From the NCBI GenBank assembly GCA_021399395.1, contig JAAFKJ010000027.1, positions 1 to 12,616 of the forward strand: a stretch of DNA of 12,616 nt, read 5' to 3'. This DNA comes from Candidatus Heimdallarchaeota archaeon. Lineage in GTDB: Archaea; Asgardarchaeota; Heimdallarchaeia; Heimdallarchaeales; Heimdallarchaeaceae. The position numbers and the translations under genes were made by a program. Shown one piece after another: positions 7,286 through 12,616 of the stretch. The notes beneath the pieces are model-generated. The model was not told the DNA's origin, made no database searches, and saw nothing but the letters and a program-made list of their open reading frames with translations. Positions within the stretch are counted from its first letter, which is position 1; each line of letters opens with the position of its first letter.

Positions 7286-8422
7286 CTAGGATTTCTTTCT
7301 TTTAGTTATTAAGAAATTCACCGTGAAAACAGCTACTATAACGAAGACTGAAACAGACAGAATAAGAAACGTATTTGAAAAAGCTCCACCATTCCATTCA
7401 AGGTTATCACCTTCAGCATAGTAGGTTTTAATAAAAGCTTCAATTGCTTGTCCTGTAATTTTAAGACTTTCAATATCAATATTACTAAGATCATCTGAAT
7501 GCGTGTGATGATAAGTCCAATTACTCGCAACAAAATCAATTATTAAATCAATTACAGGTATTCCAATCTCATCAAAAGCAACATGATCATCTGTAATTGA
7601 CATTTCCTTGGGATCATCGGGGAAAGCAACAGAATAACCTAGTAATTGACCTATACTAAAAATTGCTTCTTGTAGGTTAGCATCATTTCTACTTTCTTGA
7701 ACAAACTCTAAATCAAAACCACCCACCATATCTAGGAGAATAAAGCATTCAATTTCTTCAGTTGAACTATAAAAATCATCAATATTCTCAGCAAATTCTT
7801 TTGCCCCTTCAGCCCAATCCCATCCTTCCAAACCATACATCCCTCCTGAACTACCTTGGTCTTCTGCATCTAAGAATAAGAACCATACTTCACAATCTAG
7901 AAATTCTTTGTATAAATTCAAGACTCTTGCCATCTCCAATAGAACACCTACACTAGAAGCGCCATCATTTGCTCCCGGAATTGGGAGACTTTGATTGACG
8001 TAATCCTTTTCTGCTACATTTCTAGAATCCCAGTGAGAAGCCAATATTACAATGTTTTTTTTGTCTGTATTCAGTTTTCCAAGGATATTCTGACAGTTAT
8101 AGCTTGGTTGGCTTTCCTTTTGGATTGTGAAATTATGCCTAATAACCTCATCTACGCTGGAAGAAACTTGATTTCCAATCCATTCTGAACAATTGACATG
8201 ATCAGTTGTTCCAGGCACACGAAAACCAAAATCAAGTTGTGTTGAGATGTGATTAAAAGCATAAGTCGCATTGAAATCAAGAGGTAAGTCTGCATTTACA
8301 GAAGTTTTCAGAAATGTTGATTGAGAATAAGATTCTACATTTATAGCATAAGAGGTAAAAATTAGTATTATTACAAATGAAACTGCTTTTATTACCCTTT
8401 TTGTATTGATTACCAAGCTCAT
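7286..8422 (-). CDS. Exported M28-family zinc enzyme, type II glutaminyl-peptide cyclotransferase-like, with C-terminal TM anchor
   Basis: Motifs GFRVPGT, ASHWDSR, PGANDGASSVGVLLEMAR, FLDAEDQG, LLDMVG, ITDDH, YHHT.SDD. The start is reassigned to ATG 8422 (MSLVINTKRVIKAVSFVIILIFTSYA is signal-peptide-like), because the track start at 8548 overlaps the divergent gene. A C-terminal TM (FLILSVSVFVIVAVFTVNFLI) is followed by KRKKS. Confidence 0.85.
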   Translation of the reverse strand: MSLVINTKRVIKAVSFVIILIFTSYAINVESYSQSTFLKTSVNADLPLDFNATYAFNHISTQLDFGFRVPGTTDHVNCSEWIGNQVSSSVDEVIRHNFTIQKESQPSYNCQNILGKLNTDKKNIVILASHWDSRNVAEKDYVNQSLPIPGANDGASSVGVLLEMARVLNLYKEFLDCEVWFLFLDAEDQGSSGGMYGLEGWDWAEGAKEFAENIDDFYSSTEEIECFILLDMVGGFDLEFVQESRNDANLQEAIFSIGQLLGYSVAFPDDPKEMSITDDHVAFDEIGIPVIDLIIDFVASNWTYHHTHSDDLSNIDIESLKITGQAIEAFIKTYYAEGDNLEWNGGAFSNTFLILSVSVFVIVAVFTVNFLITKRKKS

Positions 8423-8532
8423 CTGAATTCCATTTGAATCTTTCTGTATTAATTCTTTTGTTTGAAATATATTTTCGAGAAATTCTGAGCAAATTCTTAT
8501 TAAGAAGCGATAAAACAAACAATAAGTAGGTT

Positions 8533-9630
8533 TTGCATGTGAGTTCAAACGATTCAGAGTATTTAATTGAGCAGTTCAGATTAGAAGAAGAGAATTTTGA
8601 CAATATTGCTAAATTAATAACAGATGTTTTTATCAATGATGAAACTGCTCTTGAAGAGGGTGCATCAATTGCTTTTTCAGAGCAAACTTTTCGAACTGTG
8701 TATGGTGCACCATCCATAGACAGAGATTTGTTCATTAGAACAATTCACAAACCAACTGATAAAATTGTGGGATTTATAGGAGCAATCCCTAGGAAACTCT
8801 CCATTGAAGGTAAAGAATACAAGTTTGCCGTACCGTCCTGGTTATGTGTTCATTCACAACATCAAAAGAAGGGGTTTGCAAAAACCATGGGAAAAATGTT
8901 ATTCGAGAAAGGAATGGAAAAGGGATATGACGGAGCTTTTTCTTTGCACGAACCAGAGCAACACGGTATTGATGTATCTTCAGCTGTTTCTAGAGATAAG
9001 GAGATCCCATTCCAAAGGATTGTTACTCTCACCAAATTTGTTATCAAAGCTTTTAATGTAGACAAAGTTGCTACAGTAGTGAGATTAAGATGGTATGAAA
9101 AACTGGTCTTCAAATTATATCAAAAATTCAAAACAATAGATTCAGAACAGATTAGAGTTTTTCAAGAAAAAGATATACCAGACATGTTTGAAATTATACA
9201 AGAACAGGTAAAAAGAAACCAATTATCTATCGTCCCTGAATTAGAAGATTTCAAATGGATGCTTACTAATCCAAATGTTATATGTGTAGTTCATGAAGAC
9301 AATAGTGGAAAAGTTAAAGGATTCATGTTAGCATGGGAGTTCTTTCTGGCTGGAATGGGGAACAAACTTCCTTTTGGTTGGTTAGATATGGTTCATATTC
9401 ATCGCTTGAATAGTGAAGAAGGCAGCAATTTAGCTAACTATTTATGCCAGATTTGTGAAGAAAAAGGATGGTATGGTTTACAGACTCCATACATACCATA
9501 TTTTGATATGAAACCTCTAAAGAAAGCCAAGTTCTTTTTCTTTAGTAAGAAAATCAACTTGGATGTATTTAATATGAGGAATGTAGAATTTCCTGAAAAA
9601 GTTGAATCATTTTACTTTGATTGGAGATAA
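8533..9630 (+). CDS. Tandem GNAT-fold acyltransferase, N-myristoyltransferase (NMT)-like
   Basis: The first domain has KIVGFIGAIP and the acyl-CoA motif A LCVHSQHQKKGFA. The second begins IRVFQEKDIPDM...VHEDNSGKVKGF. Blocks resemble eukaryotic NMT collinearly over the whole length (see findings). The start is TTG 8533 or GTG 8539 (AGGT upstream). The GNAT call is secure; the NMT-like call is less so. Confidence 0.8.
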   Translation: MHVSSNDSEYLIEQFRLEEENFDNIAKLITDVFINDETALEEGASIAFSEQTFRTVYGAPSIDRDLFIRTIHKPTDKIVGFIGAIPRKLSIEGKEYKFAVPSWLCVHSQHQKKGFAKTMGKMLFEKGMEKGYDGAFSLHEPEQHGIDVSSAVSRDKEIPFQRIVTLTKFVIKAFNVDKVATVVRLRWYEKLVFKLYQKFKTIDSEQIRVFQEKDIPDMFEIIQEQVKRNQLSIVPELEDFKWMLTNPNVICVVHEDNSGKVKGFMLAWEFFLAGMGNKLPFGWLDMVHIHRLNSEEGSNLANYLCQICEEKGWYGLQTPYIPYFDMKPLKKAKFFFFSKKINLDVFNMRNVEFPEKVESFYFDWR

Positions 9631-9635
9631 GGTGA
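9631..9635 (+). promoter_or_regulatory. Shine-Dalgarno GGTGA in a 12-nt intergenic gap (operon junction)
   Basis: TAA-GGTGA-CCAAATC-ATG: the site directly follows the GNAT stop and lies 7 nt before ATG 9643. Confidence 0.65.
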
Positions 9636-9642
9636 CCAAATC

Positions 9643-10197
9643 ATGAAAGACAGTCTAATTTCCACCCTTAAAATTGCAGAAATAAATTTCTTAATGTCAT
9701 TTAAAGAGATAAAACCAGAATTAATTACTAAACAAATCCAAAAAAACACAAACCACATTGCTTGGATTGTAGGCCATTGTATTGCACACTTTGATTGGTA
9801 TTTATCAATATATACAGGAAATAAACTGCTCTCTAAGGAAGAACTGGATTATTATGCGTACGGAGTTGAAAAAAATGAAGTTGTTACTTTTCCTTACTCT
9901 TTTTCAGAGTTAGTTGACAAACACTTGCAGATTTCCGATTCATTTTTCAAGAAACTAGAAACACTTCCAAAGGAGAAGTTTGATGAAATTCCGAGCGAAG
10001 AAAGAAAGGAAAAATTATCAGATTTGTTAAAGAGAATTACTTTACACATAATGGGACATACTGGTCAGATTGTAATTCTAAGAAGAATGTTTGATAACCC
10101 CTTTTGGGGATTTGTAGGAGGAGTTCAGGTGGAACAGAGAGAAGAATTTAGAAAAAAGTGGTTAGTCTGGTGGAAACAGAATAAACACAATTATTAG
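9643..10197 (+). CDS. DinB/YfiT superfamily four-helix-bundle protein (DinB_2-like; putative metal-dependent thiol S-transferase fold)
   Basis: NHIAWIVGHC (first His ligand) and LHIMGHTGQIVILRR (HxxxH-GQ) give the three-His pattern of DinB_2 proteins. This family is unrelated to DNA polymerase IV. Confidence 0.85.
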   Translation: MKDSLISTLKIAEINFLMSFKEIKPELITKQIQKNTNHIAWIVGHCIAHFDWYLSIYTGNKLLSKEELDYYAYGVEKNEVVTFPYSFSELVDKHLQISDSFFKKLETLPKEKFDEIPSEERKEKLSDLLKRITLHIMGHTGQIVILRRMFDNPFWGFVGGVQVEQREEFRKKWLVWWKQNKHNY

Positions 10198-12359
10198 TAA
10201 TTTAAATCAGGCTCATCTCTTGTTCTCAGATGTATCAGTAAAACCATACTACTAGGTTTTATCATCACAGTCGCTATATCCATAATCCAATCTGGCATTT
10301 CAGGAGGATCAGACTCTAGAAGCATCCTCCATTCTTCATCATTCATTATTTCGTTTTTTGGTACAGTGAATTCATAATATGAGTAAGTTCCACCTTTTGT
10401 TAGGTAAAGATTACCGTCATGATCTTGAACAATGACGTAAATTACCAGAGGGTTTCCTACTGCAATTTCCTTAGTATGTCCAGTAACTAAATCGTCAGTT
10501 GAGATGTCAGCAATTACTGCCATGGGTGTCAAGCTAGAATCCACATATGATGAACCAGGCGTAATATCAACAACAAGTTCATACAATCTTTTCCCTGTAT
10601 AAAGAATATCACGAAGATTATCTGAAGTAAGCTCTTCATTGTTAAGAATTTTTATGGAAATATCTGTTAGATATTCAAAGACATCTAAACACCTTTCAAT
10701 CCTATCTTTCAATCCAGCAGACAGTAATCCTCTTGCATCAAGACCCCCCATTAACATTTCTAGCATACTAACAAGTCTCCCATAAATCTCAGGATAAGGT
10801 TCCACATACCCATAATCTGGAAAAACAGCAGGACTAACATATCCACTATAACCATAAAGTAAGCTATCATGTTTCAGTTCAGTAAATGAACCTAAGGTAG
10901 TCATGATCTCTTTATCTATCCAAGCTTGATTCAACATGAATCCAGGATATCCTTCACTTGGAGTCTGCAACAGTGGAAATAGTGTATAAATCCACATCCA
11001 ATATAGATTTTGTACCCAAACTTCTGAATCTAGACTACCAAATTCTTCTCTTAAGTTAATTATTTGCTCCCCATAGTTAGGATAGGTGTTATTTTCTGAT
11101 TGAAGCAATTCTTCTGCACGAACGCTTCCTAATACTGAAAAGAAGTCTAATGATTGTGGAAAGTTTCTAGAATCAACAATAGGATGAAGAAGATTTTGGA
11201 AAGTATAATAGTCTGGTGTTAATCTTTGCCCCATAATTTTGAACGTAATTGGTCTTTCAACAGATGGAAAAAAGCCTTCCACATTGAGAATGTTTTCTCT
11301 CTCAATTGCGTAATTTATTGCATATGAGATTATTTCTTCAATTAGTGTGTCATTTGCTAATTGATCGTTTTGTGGAGCACCAAAACCCACCCATATATTA
11401 TACATCTCGAAAGGTGTTAAATCTAAGGTTTGACCTACATAGAATGTCGTTGGTTCATATATTTGAAACCATAGATCTTGCAAAGAAGAATTATCAAATG
11501 AAGAACATAATAATAGTGTCATAAGAGTATGTTCAGCTGCAGATTCAGAAATCAAATATCCCATTCTTCCTGAATACATTAGTGCTTGAAAATAACTTTC
11601 TAATGTCTCATTGCCAGTATAATGCCCCCTAACTTTATACTGAGCAAAATTCTCAAGATACCCTAATATTGCAGAAGAAGCTTGAATTTCTGCCATAATA
11701 TTAGTCAATTCTGTATTTACCATACTCTCTACTTCAATAGGTATCGAAGTAGTGTTATCTAAAAGATAGAGTACGACTGTTAAATATGCAACGTTCTTTT
11801 TGAGAGCTTCTTGAACAACAGGCTCAGTAATTGTCGAATTTAAGCTAATCTGGTCAGCTCGTAAATTTGTTATTAATTCCTTATACAAATCATAGAGATG
11901 CATCAATTCCAATAGTTTCAAACTGTCATCATAGAGCCAATGAAAAGTGTGAAGGCATAAATCAGTTGTAATGAAATAAGGATCAGCTTTGAACCACTCA
12001 TATATTTTATAGATGCTAGTATATCCTTCATCAACAATTACAAACCCATAATTCGATAGTGTTTCATACAGACTTGGATCTATAGTTAAGCCTTGGAAAT
12101 CAACATTACTTAAATCAGGTTCGATTTTTGAAGGGATTATAGATGGATTATAATCTAGATCCTGAGGTGAAAATGTACCGAAATATGTTGAAATATTTTC
12201 ACTAATATGTTGGTTCGCTGCTGAATCAGCATATACTCCATACGAAGACACATATCCATTTGGATCTTGGTTTGGGAGAAAAACTACCAGAGGAACAACA
12301 ATTGCAGTAATAAGCAATATGCTGAGAGCAGGTATAATTATCGAGTATTTTATTTTCAC
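10194..12359 (-). CDS. DUF3160 domain-containing protein with N-terminal membrane anchor
   Basis: 721 aa, GTG start. Motifs FITTD..LH.FH, Y.VRGHYT...LESYFQALMY.GR, GQR.TPD, NLYWMW...L.PL, LGSFTELKHDSLLY, GYVEPYPE.Y, AVIAD, GGTYSYYEF, DEEW are those I associate with DUF3160. N-terminal TM IIIPALSILLITAIVVPLVVFL. The stop codon overlaps the convergent DinB stop by 4 bp. Confidence 0.85.
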   Translation of the reverse strand: MKIKYSIIIPALSILLITAIVVPLVVFLPNQDPNGYVSSYGVYADSAANQHISENISTYFGTFSPQDLDYNPSIIPSKIEPDLSNVDFQGLTIDPSLYETLSNYGFVIVDEGYTSIYKIYEWFKADPYFITTDLCLHTFHWLYDDSLKLLELMHLYDLYKELITNLRADQISLNSTITEPVVQEALKKNVAYLTVVLYLLDNTTSIPIEVESMVNTELTNIMAEIQASSAILGYLENFAQYKVRGHYTGNETLESYFQALMYSGRMGYLISESAAEHTLMTLLLCSSFDNSSLQDLWFQIYEPTTFYVGQTLDLTPFEMYNIWVGFGAPQNDQLANDTLIEEIISYAINYAIERENILNVEGFFPSVERPITFKIMGQRLTPDYYTFQNLLHPIVDSRNFPQSLDFFSVLGSVRAEELLQSENNTYPNYGEQIINLREEFGSLDSEVWVQNLYWMWIYTLFPLLQTPSEGYPGFMLNQAWIDKEIMTTLGSFTELKHDSLLYGYSGYVSPAVFPDYGYVEPYPEIYGRLVSMLEMLMGGLDARGLLSAGLKDRIERCLDVFEYLTDISIKILNNEELTSDNLRDILYTGKRLYELVVDITPGSSYVDSSLTPMAVIADISTDDLVTGHTKEIAVGNPLVIYVIVQDHDGNLYLTKGGTYSYYEFTVPKNEIMNDEEWRMLLESDPPEMPDWIMDIATVMIKPSSMVLLIHLRTRDEPDLNY

Positions 12360-12419
12360 TAAATCACGTTCTCTTCTTTATTTACTTAATTATAAGCATA
12401 AACAATTATAAAGAATTTT

Positions 12420-12616
12420 GTCATATAGTCATATTAAACTGACGGTGAATTAGTTTGAAAGAGGACTGAAAGTAAGATATTACGGGAGCTTTTATAGGGA
12501 AGACTAAGAGAAAAAATGATGACAAAGGTACTTAGAGTAGAAAGTATGGAACTACCGTATACACCTGCTCTAAGCAAACTATGTCATCAAGTAAAGAACC
12601 TCTATAATCGAGCAAA
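12420..12616 (+). mobile_element. Probable left end of an IS200/IS605-superfamily (IS1341-like, tnpB-first) element; boundary approximate
   Basis: An imperfect hairpin T-AAACTGA-cggtgaa-TTAGTTT-G (12435-12457) is preceded by tandem GTCATAT(A/T) (12420-12435), about 60 nt upstream of a TnpB-like start. There is no room for a tnpA gene on this side. Confidence 0.45.
12516..12616 (+). CDS. tnpB: RNA-guided endonuclease TnpB family protein, N-terminal 33 codons (continues off the right edge; absent from the ORF track)
   Basis: Manual translation gives MMTKVLRVESMELPYTPALSKLCHQVKNLYNRA. The segment 'R.E.......LS.LCH..KNLYN.A' is the characteristic N-terminus of a common IS605-OrfB/TnpB subgroup. 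The RuvC domain and Zn finger lie outside the window. Confidence 0.75.
   Translation, partial: MMTKVLRVESMELPYTPALSKLCHQVKNLYNRA

Noticed and set aside
8423-8548. 42-aa N-terminal extension of the M28 ORF given in the track
   Set aside because: It overlaps the divergent gene and its promoter region, and the signal peptide only makes sense from ATG 8422.
7336-9113. Small ORFs 7336-7539, 7762-7956, 7991-8188, 8277-8735, 8804-9061 and 8862-9113
   Set aside because: Nested in or antisense to the M28 and GNAT genes, with no independent evidence.
11306-11524. 72-aa plus-strand ORF
   Set aside because: Antisense within the DUF3160 gene.
1-12616. CRISPR array, tRNA/rRNA, anti-phage defence system or RiPP cluster
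   Set aside because: I saw no spaced repeats or structured RNA genes in the short intergenic regions, no defence-type nuclease or ATPase genes, and no precursor peptide. Gene orientations are mixed rather than forming one operon.

Overview
This AT-rich (about one-third GC by eye), gene-dense prokaryotic window has GGTGA ribosome-binding sites and BRE/TATA-like boxes. These point to an archaeon, possibly Asgard/Heimdallarchaeia-like (inference only; no marker gene is present). It holds 10 complete CDSs and two partial CDSs missing from the ORF track. In order: an alpha/beta hydrolase N-terminus (left edge), a Cys-rich DUF6144-like protein, a TM-anchored surface protein, a membrane-anchored DUF362 protein, a class I SAM methyltransferase, an M20/ArgE-DapE amidohydrolase, a class C beta-lactamase-like serine hydrolase, an exported M28 enzyme resembling type II glutaminyl cyclases, a tandem-GNAT protein, a DinB-family protein, a DUF3160 protein, and the start of a TnpB gene (right edge) preceded by a hairpin. 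The strongest lead is the 365-aa tandem GNAT (8533-9630). By eye it aligns end to end with the catalytic core of eukaryotic N-myristoyltransferase (NMT). It sits head-to-head with the glutaminyl-cyclase-like gene and is probably co-transcribed with the DinB gene, so it may mark a prokaryotic N-terminal modification locus. All family calls come from motif recognition from memory; no searches were run.
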